Positions 15,401-28,890 of a stretch of DNA of 64,000 bases are shown piece by piece (within the stretch, counting starts at the first letter, position 1; each line of letters begins with the position of its first letter). The DNA is from the human T2T-CHM13v2.0 reference genome, Homo sapiens. The notes beneath the pieces were generated by a model. That model saw only the letters and a program-made list of their open reading frames with translations. It had not been told where the DNA came from and ran no database searches. The DNA lies in NCBI RefSeq assembly GCF_009914755.1, contig NC_060933.1. One strand, given 5' to 3'. Made by a program: the position numbers and the translations under genes.

Positions 15401-18400
15401 CCCCTGCAGTCGGGTTGTTTCCATTCCATTCCATTCCATTCCATTCCATTCCATTCCGTTCCGTTCCATTCCATTCCATTCCATTCTATTCGGTTTAATT
15501 CCATTCCATTCCATTCCATTCCATTCCAATGGAGTTGATTCCATTCCATTCCATTCCACTCCATTCCAGTCCTTTCCATTCCATTCCACTCGGGTTGATT
15601 CCAATGTATTCCTTTCCATTCCATTCCATTCCACTGCAATCGAGTTGATTCCATTGCTTTGTATTCCATTCCATTCCATTCCATTCCGGATGATTCCATT
15701 CCATTGCATTCCATTCCATTCCATTCCCCTGCACTCGGGTTGATTCCATTGCATTCCACTCCATTCCGTTCCATTCCATTCCATTCCATTGTATTCGCGT
15801 TAATTCCATTCCATTCCATTCCATTCCATTACAATCGAGTTGATTCCATTCCATTCAATTCCATTCCAGTCCTTTCCATTCCATTCCTCTCGGGTTGATT
15901 CCATTCTATTAGTTTCCATTCCATTCCATTCCCTTCCATTCCACTCTGGTTGATTCCATTCCTTTCCATTCCACTCGAATACATTCCCTCCTATTCCACT
16001 AGGAACGATTCCATTCCATTCCATTCCATTCCATTCCATTCCATTCCATTTTGTTCCATTCCATTCTATTCCGAATCATTCCATTCCATTCCATTCCATT
16101 CCATTCCATTCCATTCCATTCCTTTCCATTCCAGTACGGATGATTCCATTCCATTGCATACCATTCCATTCCATTCCCCTATACTCGGGTTGATTCCATT
16201 CCATTCCATTCCAATCCATGCCATTCCACTCGTGTTGATTCCATTCTTTCCTTTCCATTCAAGTTGAATCCATTCCATTGCATTCCACTCCATTCGATTC
16301 CATTCGATTGCACTCGGGTTGATTCCATTGCATTGCATTCCATTCCATTCCATTCCATTCCATTCCATTCCATTCCATTCCGTTCCATTCCATTTCATTA
16401 CATTCAGATTGATTCTATTCAATTCCCTTACACTCCATTATATTCCAATCCATTCTGGTTGTCTCCATTCCATTCCATTAAATTCCGTTGCATTCCATTC
16501 CATTACATTCGGATTGATTCTATTCAACTCCCTTACTCCCCATTCCATTCCATTCCATTCCACTCCATTCCATTGTGCTCGGTTTGATTCCATTCCTTTC
16601 CTTTCCATTCCATTCCATTCCATTCCATTCCGGATGATTCCATTCCATTGCATTCCGTTCCATTACATTCCCCTGCACTCGGGTTGATTCCATTTCATTC
16701 CATTCCATTCCATTCGATTCCATTCCATTCCAATTCTTTCCATTCCATTCTATTCCGTACCATTCCATTCCATTCCATACAATTCCATTCCATTCCATTC
16801 CACTCCATTCCGTTCCGTTCCGTTCTGTTCCGTTCCATTCCATTCCATTCCATTCTATTCGGTTTAATTCCATTCCATTCCATTCCATTGCATTCCATTC
16901 TATTTCTTTCCTTTGCAATCGAGCTGAATCCATTGCATTCCATTCCATTCCATTCCATTCCATTCCATTCCATTCCATTCCATTCCGGAAGATTCCATTC
17001 CATTGCATTCCATTCCATTCCATTCCATTCCATTCCATTCCATTCCATTGTACTCGGGTTGATTCCATTCCATTGCATTCCATTCCATTCCATTCCATTC
17101 CATTCCATTCCATTCCATTCCATTCCGTTACATTCCATTCCATTACATTCGGATTGATTCTTTTCAACTCCCTTACTCTCCATTACATTCCATTCCATTC
17201 GGGTTGTTCCATTCCATTCCATTCCATTCCATTCCATTCCATTGCACTCGGGTTGATTCCATTCCATTCCATTCCATTCCATTCCGGATGATTCCATTCC
17301 ATTGCATTCCGTTCCATTACATTCCCCTGCACTCGGGTTGATTCCATTCCATTCCTTTCCATTCCATTCGATTCTATTCCATTCCCCTGCACTCGCGTTG
17401 ATTCCATTCCATTCCATTCCATTCCATTCCATTCCTTTCCATTCCGGATGATTCCATTCCATTGCATTCCGTTCCATTCCATTCCCCTGCACTCGGGTTG
17501 ATTCCATTCCATTCCATTACATTACATTCCGTTCCATTCCATTCCATTCCATTCGGATTGATTCTATTCAATTCCCTTACACTCCATTACATTCCATTCC
17601 ATTCGAGTAGTTTCCATTCCATTCCATTCCATTCCTCTCCATTCCATTGCACTCGGGTTGATTCCATTCCATTCCGTTCCATTCCATTCCATTCGATTAC
17701 ATTACATTCCATTCCATTCCTTTCCATTGTACTCGGGTTGATTCCATTCCATTCCATTCCATTCCATTCCATTCCATTCCATTCCATTCCATTCCGTTCC
17801 ATTCCATTACATTCGGATTGATTATATTCAACTCCCTTACTCTCCATTACATTCCATTCCCTTCGGGTTGTTCCATTCCATTCCATTCTATTTCCCTCCA
17901 TTCCATTGTGCTCGGTTTGATTCCATTCCATTCCATTCCATTCCATTCCATTCCATTCCATTCCGGAAGATTCCATTCCATTGCATTCCATTCCATTCCA
18001 TTCCCCTGCACTCGCGTTGATTCCATTCCATTCCATTCTATTCCATTCCATTCCCTTCCTTTCCGTTCCATTCCATTCCATTCCATTCCATTCCATTCCA
18101 TTCCATTCCGTTCCATTCCATTCCATTACATTCGGATTGATTCTATTCAATTCCCTTACAATCCATTACGTTCCATTGCATTCGGGTAGTTTCCATTCCA
18201 TTCCATTCCATTCCTCTCCATTCCATTGAACTCGGGTTGATTCCATTCCATTGCATTCCATTCCATTCCATTCAATTCCATTCCGTTCCATTCCATTCCA
18301 TTACATTCGGATTGATTCTATTCAACTCCCTTACTCTCCATTACATTCCCTTCCATTCGGGTTGTTCCATTCCATTCCATTCCATTCCACTCCATTCCAT

Positions 18401-20819
18401 TGCACTCGGGTTTATTCCATTCCATTCCATTCCATTCCATTCCATTCCATTCCATTGCATTCCGGAAGATTCCATTCCATTGCATTCCATTCCATTCCAT
18501 TCCCCTGCACTCGCGTTGATTCCATTCCATTCCATTCCATTCCAATCGAGTTGATTCCATTCCATTCCATTCCATTCCATTCGAATCCATTCCATTGCAC
18601 TCGGGTTGATTCCATTCCATTCCATTCCATTCCATTTCATTCCATTCCATTCCATTACATTCGGATTGATTCTATTCAATTCCCTTACACTCCATTACAT
18701 TCCATTCCATTCGGGATGTTTCCATTCCATTCCATTCCATTCCACTCCATTCCATTGCATCAGGTTGATTGCATTCCATTCCATTCCATTCCATTCCGGA
18801 TGATTCCATTCCATTGCTTTCCATTCCATTCCATTCCCCTGCACTCGGGTTGATTCCATTCCATTCCATTCCATTCCATTCCGTTCCATTCCATTCCATT
18901 CCATTCTATTCCGGTTAATTCCATTCCATTCCATTCGATTAAATTCCATTCCATTCCATTCCATTGCAATCGAGTTGATTCCATTCAATTCCAGTCCATT
19001 CCGTTCCGGATGATTCCATTCCATTCCATTCCATTCCATTCCATTCCATTCCCCTGCAGTCGGGTTGATTCCATTCCATTCCATTGCATTCCATTCCATT
19101 CCATTCCATTCCATTCCGTTGCATTCCATTACATTCAGATTGATTCTATTCAACTCCCTTACTATCCATTACATTCCATTCCATTCGTGTTGTTCCATTC
19201 CATTCCATTCCATTCCACTCCATTCCATTGCACTCGGGTTGATTCCATTCCATTCCATTCCATTCCATTCCATTCCATTCCATTCCGGATGATTCCATTC
19301 CATTGCATTTCGTTCCATTACATTCCCCTGCACTCGCGTTGATTCCATTCCATTCCATTCAATTCCATTCCATTACAATTCGTTCCATTCCATTCTATTC
19401 CGTACCATTCCATTCCATTCCATACCATTCCATTCCATTCCCTTCCATTCCATTCCGTTCCATTCCGTTCAATTGCATTCCATTCCACTCTATTCGGGTT
19501 AATTCCATTCCATTCCATTCCATTCCATTCTATTCCATTCCATTGCAATCGAGTTGAATCCATTGCATTTCATTCCATTCCATTCCATTCCATTCCATTC
19601 CGGAAGATTCCATTCCATTGCATTCCATTCCCCTGCACTCGCGTTGATTCCATTCCATTCCATTCCATTCGATTCCATTCCTTTCCGTTCCATTCCATTC
19701 CATTCCATTCTACTTGGGTTAATTCCATTCCATTCCATTCGATTGCAATCGAGTTGATTCCATTCCATTCCATTCCATTCCTTTCCATTCCATTACGGAT
19801 GATTCCATTCCATTGCATTCCATTCCATTCCATTCCCCTGTACTCGGGTTCATTCCATTCCATTCCATTCCAATCCATGCCATTCCACTCGTGTTGATTC
19901 CATTCTTTCCATTCCATTCAAGTTGAATCCATTCCATTGCATTCCATTCCATTCGATTCCATTCGATTGCACTCGGGTTGATTCCATTCCATTGCATTCC
20001 ATTCCATTCCATTCCATTCCATTCCATTCCATTCCATTCCGTTCCATTCCATTCCATTCCATTCGGATTGATTCTATTCAATTCCCTTACACTCCATTAC
20101 ATTCCATTCCATTCGGGTAGTTTCTATTCCATTCCATTCCATTCCTCTCCATTCCATTGCACTCGGGTTGATTCCATTCCATTGCATTCCATTCCATTCC
20201 ATTAAATTCCATTCCGTTCCATTGCATTCCATTACATTCGGATTGATTCTATTCAACTCCCGTACTCTCCATTACATTCGATTCCATTCGGGTTGTTCCA
20301 TTCCATTCCATTCCATTCCACTCCATTCCATTGCACTCGGGTTGATTCCATTCCATTCCATTCCATTCCGGAAGATTCCATTCCATTGCATTCCATTACA
20401 TTCCATTCCCCTGCACTCGCGTTGATTCCATTCCATTCCATTCCATTCCATTCCATTCCATTCCGTTCCGTTCCGTTCCGTTCCGTTCCATTCCATTCCA
20501 TTCCATTCCATTCCATTCCGTTCCATTCCGTTCCATTCCATTCCATTCCATTCTATTCGGGTTAATTCCATTCCATTCCATTCCATTGAAATCGAGTTGA
20601 TTCCTTTCCATTCCATCCCATTCCATTCCATTCCATTCCATTCCATTCCATTCCATTCCATTCCTTTCCATTCCATTACGGATGATTCCATTCCATTGCA
20701 TTCCATTTCATTCCATTCCCCTGTACTCGGGTTGATTCCATTCCATTCCATTGCAATCCATGCCATTCCACTCGTGTTGATTCCATTCTTTCCATTCCAT
20801 TCAAGTTGAATCCATTCCA

Positions 20820-22680
20820 TTGCATTCCATTCCATTCCTTTCCCCTTCAGTCGGGTTGATTCCATTGCATTCCATTCCATTCCATTCCATTCCGTTCCTT
20901 TCCATTTAATTCCATTCCATTCTATTCGGGTTAATTCCATTCCATTCCATTCCATTCCATTCCATTCCATTCCATTCCATTCCAATCGAGTTGATTCCAT
21001 TCCATTCCATTCCATTCCATTCCACTCCATTCCATTCCTTTCCATTCCATTCCACTCGGGTTGATTCCAATGTATTCCTTTCCATTCCATTCCATTCCAT
21101 TGCAATCGAGTTGATTCCATTGCTTTGCATTCCATTCCATTCCATTCCATTCCGGATGATTCCATTCCATTGCATTCCATTCCATTCCATTCCCCTGCAC
21201 TCGGGTTGATTCCATTCCATTCCACTCCATTCCTTTCCATTCCATTCCATTCCGTTTTATTCGGGTTAATTCCATTCCATTCCATTTAATTCCATTCCAT
21301 TCCAATCCATTACAATCGAGTTGATTCCATTCCATTCCATTCCATTCCATTCCATTCCATTCCAGTCATTTCCATTCCATTCCACTCGGGTTGATTCCAT
21401 TCTATTAGTTTCCATTCCATTCCATTCCCTTCCTTTCCACTCTGGTTGATTCCATTCCTTTCCATTCCACTCGAATACGTTCCCTCCTATTCCACACTGA
21501 ACGATTCCATTCTATTCCATTCCATTCCATTCCATTTCGTTCCATTCCATTCTATTCCGTACCATTCCATTCCATTCCATTCCTTTCCATTCCATTCCAT
21601 TCCACTCGTGTTGATTCCATTCCTTTCCATTCCATTCGGTTTGAAGGCATTCCAATCCATTCAATTCCATTCCATTCCATTCCATTCCATTCCATTCCAT
21701 TCCATTCCATTCTATTCCATTCCATTGTACTCGGGTTGATTCCATTCCATTGCATTCCATTCCATTCCATTCCCCTTCAGTCGGGTTGATTCCATTCCAT
21801 TCCATTCCATTCCATTCCATTCCATTCCATTCCGTTCCTTTCCATTTAATTCCTTTCCATTCTATTCGGGTTAATTCCATTCCATTCCATTCCATTCCAT
21901 TCCATTCCATTCCAATCGAGTTGATTCCATTCCTTTCCATTCCATTCCATTCCACTCCATTCCAGTCCTTTCCATTCCATTCCACTCGGGTTGATTCCAA
22001 TGTATTCCTTTCCATTCCATTCCATTCCATTGCAATCGAGTTGATTCCATTGCTTTGCATTCCATTCCATTCCATTCCATTCCGAATGATTCCATTCCAT
22101 TGCATTCCATTCCATTCCATTCCCCTGCACTCGGGTTGATTCCATTCCATTCCACTCCATTCCGTTCCATTCCATTCCATTCCGTTTTATTCGGGTTAAT
22201 TCCATTCCATTCCATTCAATTCCATTCCATTCCAATCCATTACAATCGAGTTGATTCCATTCCATTCCATTCCATTCCATTCCATTCCATTCCATTCCAG
22301 TCATTTCCATTCCATTCCACTCGGGTTGATTCCATTCTATTAGTTTCCATTCCATTCCATTCCCTTCCATTCCACTCTCGTTGATTCCATTCCTTTCCAT
22401 TCCACTCGAATACGTTCCCTCCTATTCCACTCTGAACGACTCCATTCTATTCCATTCCATTCCATTCCATTTCGTTCCATTCCATTCTATTTCGTACCAT
22501 TCCATTCCATTCCATTCCTTTCCATTCCATTCCATTCCACTCGTGTTGATTCCATTCCTTTCCATTCCATTCGGTTTGAAGGCATTCCAATCCATTCCAT
22601 TCCATTCCATTCCATTCCATTCCATTCCATTCCATTCCATTCCATTCCATTGTACTCGTGTTGATTCCTTTCCATTGCAT
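20820..22680 (+). repeat. Tandem duplication, period ~930-935 bp
   Basis: Private variants are present in both copies: CCCCTTCAGTCGGG (20841/21771), CCGTTTTATTCGGG (21251/22181), CCAGTCATTTCC (21361/22296), TCGAATACGTTCCC (21471/22406). Confidence 0.92.
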
Positions 22681-22731
22681 TCCATTCCATTCCATTCCAT
22701 TCCATTCCATTCCGTTCAATTCCATTCCATT

Positions 22732-25386
22732 ACATTCGGATTGATTCTATTCAACTCCCTTACTCTCCATTCCATTCCATTCCATTCGGGTTGTTCCATT
22801 CCATTCCATTCCATTCCACTCCATTCCATTGCACTCGGGTTGATTCCATTCCATTCCATTGCATTCCATTCCGGATGATTCCATTCCATTGCATTCTGTT
22901 CCATTACATTCCCCTGCACTCGCGTTGATTCCATTCCATTCCATTCCATTCCATTCAGTTCCATTCCATTACAATTCGTTCCATTCCATTCTATTCCGTA
23001 CTATTCCATTCCATTCCATACCATTCCATTCCATTCCATTCTATTCCATTCCATTCCATTCCGTTCCATTCCTTTCCATTCCATTCCATTCCATTCTATT
23101 CGGGTTAATTCCATTCCATTCCATTCCATTCCATTCTATTCCATTCCATTGCAATCGAGTTGAATCCATTGCATTTCATTCCATTCCATTCCATTCCATT
23201 CCGGAAGATTCCATTCCATTGCATTCCATTCCATTCCATTCTCCTACACTCGTGTTGATTCCATTCCATTCCATTCCATTCCATTCCATTCCGTTCCGTT
23301 CCGTTCCGTTCCATTCCATTCCAATCCATTCCATTCCATTCCGTTCCGTTCCATTCCATTCCATTTGGGTAATTCCATTCCATTCCATTCGATTAAAATC
23401 GAGTTGATTCCATTCCATTCCATTCCATTCCATTCCATTCCATTCCTTTCCATTCCATTACGGATGATTCCATTCCATTGCATTCCATTCCATTCCATTC
23501 CCCTGTACTCGGGTTGATTCCATTCCATTCCATTCCAATCCATGCCATTCCACTCGTGTTGATTCCATTCTTTCCATTCCATTCAAGTTGAATCCATTCC
23601 ATTGCATTGCATTCCATTCGATTCCATTCGATTGCACTCTTGTTGATTCCATTCCATTCCATTCCATTCCATTCCATTCCATTCCATTCCGTTCCATTCC
23701 ATTCCATTACATTCAGATTGATTCTATTCAATTCCCTTACACTCCATTACATTCCATTCCATTCGGGTGGTTTTCATTCCATTCCATTCCATTCCTCTCC
23801 ATTCCATTGCACTCGGGTTGATTCCATTCCATTGCATTCCATTCCATTTCATTCAATTCCATTCCGTTCCATTCCATTCTATTACATTCGGAATGATTCT
23901 ATTCAACTCCCTTACTCTCCATTACATTCCATTCCATTAGGGTTGTTGCATTCCATTCCATTCCATTCCACTCCATTCCATTGCACTCGGGTTGATTCCA
24001 TTCCATTCCATTCCATTCCATTCCGGAAGATTCCATTCCATTGCATTCCATTACATTCCATTCCCCTGCACTCGCGTTGATTCCATTCCATTCCATTCCG
24101 TTCCTTTCCGTTCCATTCCATTCCATTCCATTCCATTCCATTCCGTTCCGTTCCGTTCCGTTCCGTTCCATTCCATTCCATTCAATTCTATTCGGGTTAA
24201 TTCCATTCCATTCCATTCGATTGCAATCGAGTTGATTCCATTCCATTCCATTCCATTCCCTTCCATTCCATTCCATTCCTTTCCATTCCATTACGGATGA
24301 TTCCATTCCATTGCATTCCATTCCATTCCATTCCCCTGTACTCGGGTTCATTCCATTCCATTCCATTCCAATCCATGCCATTCCACTCGTGTTGATTCCA
24401 TTCTTTCCATTCCATTCAAGTTGAATCCATTCCATTGCATTCCATTCCATTCCATTCCCCTGCAGTCGGGTTGATTCCATTCCATTCCATTCCATTACAT
24501 TCCATTCCATTTCATTCCGTTCCGTTCCATTTAATTCCATTCCATTCTATTCGGGATAATTCCATTCCATTCCATTCCATTCCATTCCATTCCATTGCAA
24601 TCGAGTTGATTCCATTCCATTCCATTCCACTCCATTCCAGTCCTTTCCATTCCATTCCACTCGGGTTGATTCCAATGTATTCCTTTCCAGTCCATTCCAT
24701 TCCATTGCAATCGAGTTGATTCCTTTGCTTTGCATTCCATTCCATTCCATTCCATTCCGGATGATTCCATTCCATTGCATTCCATTCCATTCCATTCCCC
24801 TGCACTCGGGTTGATTCCATTCCATTCCACTCCATTCCGTTCCATTCCATTCCATTGTATTTGGGTTAATTCCATTCCATTCCATTCCATTCCATTCCAT
24901 TCCATTCCATTCCATTCCATTACAATCGAGTTGATTCCATTTCATTCCATTCCATTCCATTCCATTCCATTCCAGTCCTTTCCATTCCATTCCACTCGGG
25001 TTGATTCCATTCTATTAGTTTCCATTCCATTCCATTCCCTTCCATTCCACTCTGGTTGATTCCATTCCTTTCCAATCCACTCGAATACATTCCCTCCTAT
25101 TCCACTCGGAACGATTCCATTCCATTCCATTCCATTCCATTCCATTCCATTCCATTCGATTCCATTCCATTCCATTTCTTTCCATTCCATTCTATTCCAT
25201 ACCATTACATTCCATTCGATTGCATTCCATTCCATTCCATTCCATTCCACTCGTGTTGATTCCATTCCTTTCCATTCCATTCGGTTTGAAGCCATTCCAT
25301 TCCATTCCATTCCATTGTACTCGGGTTGATTCCATTCAATTGCATTCCATTCCATTCCATTCCATTCCGTTCCATTCCATTCCATT
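22732..25386 (+). repeat. One near-intact ~2655 bp higher-order unit of domain A
   Basis: Runs from one ACATTCGGATTGATTCTATTCAACTCCC cassette (22732) to its positional equivalent (25387). The same cassette order is seen in 19131-22731 (with a ~930 bp duplication), ~32369-35060 and, partially, 11851-14260. Confidence 0.75.
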
Positions 25387-28009
25387 ACATTCGGATTGAT
25401 TCTATTCAACTCCCTTACTCTCCATTACATTCCATTTCGTTCGGGTTGTTCCATTCCATTCCATTCCATTCCACTCCATTCCATTGCACTCGGGTTGATT
25501 CCATTCCATTCCATTCCATTCCATTCCATTCCGGATGATTCCATTCCATTACATTCTGTTCCATTACATTCCCCTGCACTCGCGTTGATTCCATTCCATT
25601 CCATTCCATTCCCGACCATTCCATTCCATTCCATTCCATTCCATTCCATTCCATTCCGTTCCGTTCCATTCCGTTCCATTCCATTCCATTCAATTCGGGT
25701 TAATTCCATTCCATTCCATTCCATTCCATTCCATTCCATTCTATTCCATTCCATTGCAATCGAGTTGAATCCATTGCATTCCATTCCATTCCATTCCATT
25801 CCGTAAGATTCCATTCCATTGCATTCCATTACTTTCCATTCCCCTGCACTCGCGTTGATTCCATTCCATTCCATTCCATTCGGATTCATTCTATTCAATT
25901 CCCTTACACTCCATTACATTCCATTCGATTCGTGTAGTTTCCATTCCATTCCATTCCATTCCTCTCCATTCCATTGCACTCGGGTTGATTCCATTCCATT
26001 CCATTCCATTCCATTCCATTCCATTCCATTCCATTCCGGATGATTCCATTCCATTGCATTCCATTGCATTCCATTCCCCTGCACTCGGGTTGATTCCATT
26101 CCATTCCACTCCACTCCATTCCATTCCCTTCCTTTCCGTTCCATTCCATTCCATTCCATTCGATTGCCTTGCATTCCACTCGGGTTAATTCCATTCCCTT
26201 CTTTCCACTCTATTACATTCCCTTCCATTCAACTCGGAATGATTGATTCCATTTCATTCCATTCCATTTCATTCCATTGCAATCCATTCCAATCCATTCC
26301 ATTCCATTCCATTCCACTCGAGTTGACTTCATTCCATTCCTTTCCATTCCATTCCATTACTTTCCATTCCATTCCATTCCTTTCCACTCGAGTTGATTCC
26401 ATTCCATTCCATTCAATTGCATTCCATTCCATGCCATTCCACTCGGGTTGATTCCATTCCTTTGCATTCCATTCCATTCCATTCCATTCCATTCCATTCC
26501 ATTCCATTCCGTTGCATTCCATTCCATTACATTCGGATTGATTCTATTCAACTCCCTTACTGTCCATTACATTCCATTCCATTCGGGTTGTTCCATTCCA
26601 TTCCATTCCATTCCACTCCATTCCATTGCACTCGGGTTGATTCCATTCCATTCCATTCCTTTCCATTCCATTCCATTCCGGATGATTCCATTCCATTGCA
26701 TTCCGTTCCATTACATTCCCCTTCACTCGCGTTGATTCCATTCCATTCCATTCCATTCCATTCAATTCCATTCCATTACAATTCGTTCCATTCCATTCTA
26801 TTCCGTACCATTCCATTCCATTCCATACCATTCCATTCCATACCATTCCATTCCATTCCATTCCATTCCATTCCATTCCATTCCGTTCCATTCCGTTCCA
26901 TTCCATTCCATTCTTTTCGGGTTAATTCCATTCCATTCCATTCCATTCCATTCTGTTCCATTCCGTTCCATTCCATTCCATTCTTTTCGGGTTAATTCCA
27001 TTCCATTCCATTCCATTCCATTCTATTCCATTCCATTGCAATCGAGTTGAATCCACTGCATTTTATTCCATTCCGTTCCTTTCCATTCCATTCCGGAATA
27101 TTCCATTCCATTGCATTCCATTCCATTCCATTCCCCTGCACTCGCGTTGATTCCATTCCATTCCATTCCATTGCATTCCATTCCGTTCCGTTCCATTCCT
27201 TTCCATTCCATTCCATTCCATTCCATTCCGTTCCGTTCCGTTCCATTCCATTCCATTCCATTCTATTCGGGTTAATTCCATTCCATTCCATTCGATTGCA
27301 ATCGCGTTGATTCCATTCCATTCCATTCCATTCCATTCCATTCCATTCCATTCCGTTCCTTTCCATTCCATTACGGATGATTCCTTTCCATTGCATTCCA
27401 TTCCATTCCATTCCCCTGTACTCGGGTTGATTCCATTCCATTGTATTCCAATCCATGCCCTTCCACTCGTGTTGATTCCATTCTTTCCATTCCATTCAAG
27501 TTGAATCCATTCCATTGCATTCCATTCCATTCGATTCCATTCGATTGCACTCGGGTTGATTCCATTCCATTGCATTCCATTCCATTCCATTCCATTCCAT
27601 TCCATTCCGTTCCATTCCATTCCATTACATTCGGATTGATTCTATTCAATTCCCTTACACTCCATTACATTCCATTCCATTCGGGTAGTTTCCATTCCAT
27701 TCCATTCCATTCCTCTCCATTCCACTGCACTCGGGTTGATTCCATTCCATTGCATACCATTCCACTCCATTCAATTCCATTCTGTTCCATTCCATTCCAT
27801 TACATTCGGATTGATTCTATTCAACTCTCTTACTCTCCATTACATTCCATTCCATTCGGGCTGTTCCATTCCATTCCATTCCATTCCATTCCATTCCATT
27901 GCACTCGGGTTTATTCCATTCCATTCCATTCCATTCCGTAAGATTCCATTCCATTGCATTCCATTCCATTCCATTCCCCTGCACTCGCGTTGATTCCATT
28001 CCATTCCAT

Positions 28010-28890
28010 TCCATTCCATTCCATTCCATTCCTTTCCGTTCCATTCCATTCCATTGCATTCCATTCCATTCCATTCCGTTCCGTTCCGTTCCATTCCATT
28101 CCATTCCACTCTATTCGGGTTAATTCCATTCCATTCCATTCGATTGCAATCGAGTTGATTCCATTCCATTCCATTCCATTCCATTCCATTCCATTCCATT
28201 CTTTCCATTCCATTATGGATGATTCCATTCCATTGCATTCCATTCCATTCCATTCCCCTGTACTCGGGTTGATTCCATTCCATTCCATTCCAATCCATGC
28301 CATTCCACTCGTGTTGATTCCATTCTTTCCATTCCATTCAAGTTGAATCCATTCCATTGCATTCCATTCCATTCCATTCCCCTGCAGTCGGGTTGATTCC
28401 ATTCCATTCCATTCCATTCCGTTCCATTCCATTCCATTCCATTCCATTCCATTCCATTCCATTCCTTTCCGTTCCATTCCATTCCATTGCATTCCATTCC
28501 ATTCCATTCCGTTCCGTTCCGTTCCATTCCATTCCATTCCACTCTATTCGGGTTAATTCCATTCCATTCCATTCGATTGCAATCGAGTTGATTCCATTCC
28601 ATTCCATTCCATTCCATTCCATTCCATTCCATTCTTTCCATTCCATTATGGATGATTCCATTCCATTGCATTCCATTCCATTCCATTCCCCTGTACTCGG
28701 GTTGATTCCATTCCATTCCATTCCAATCCATGCCATTCCACTCGTGTTGATTCCATTCTTTCCATTCCATTCAAGTTGAATCCATTCCATTGCATTCCAT
28801 TCCATTCCATTCCCCTGCAGTCGGGTTGATTCCATTCCATTCCATTCCATTCCGTTCCATTCCATTCCATTCCATTCCTTTCCGTTCCAT
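28010..28890 (+). repeat. Tandem duplication, period 433 bp
   Basis: CTTTCCATTCCATTATGGATG at 28201/28634, CCTGCAGTCGGG at 28381/28814, and CCACTCTATTCGGG in both copies. Identical ORF starts at 28337 and 28770. Confidence 0.93.

Noticed and set aside
19131-22731. 3.6 kb interval resembling the Y-chromosome DYZ1 unit length
   Set aside because: It is explained by a ~2.67 kb unit plus a local ~930 bp duplication, and it is not repeated elsewhere in the window.
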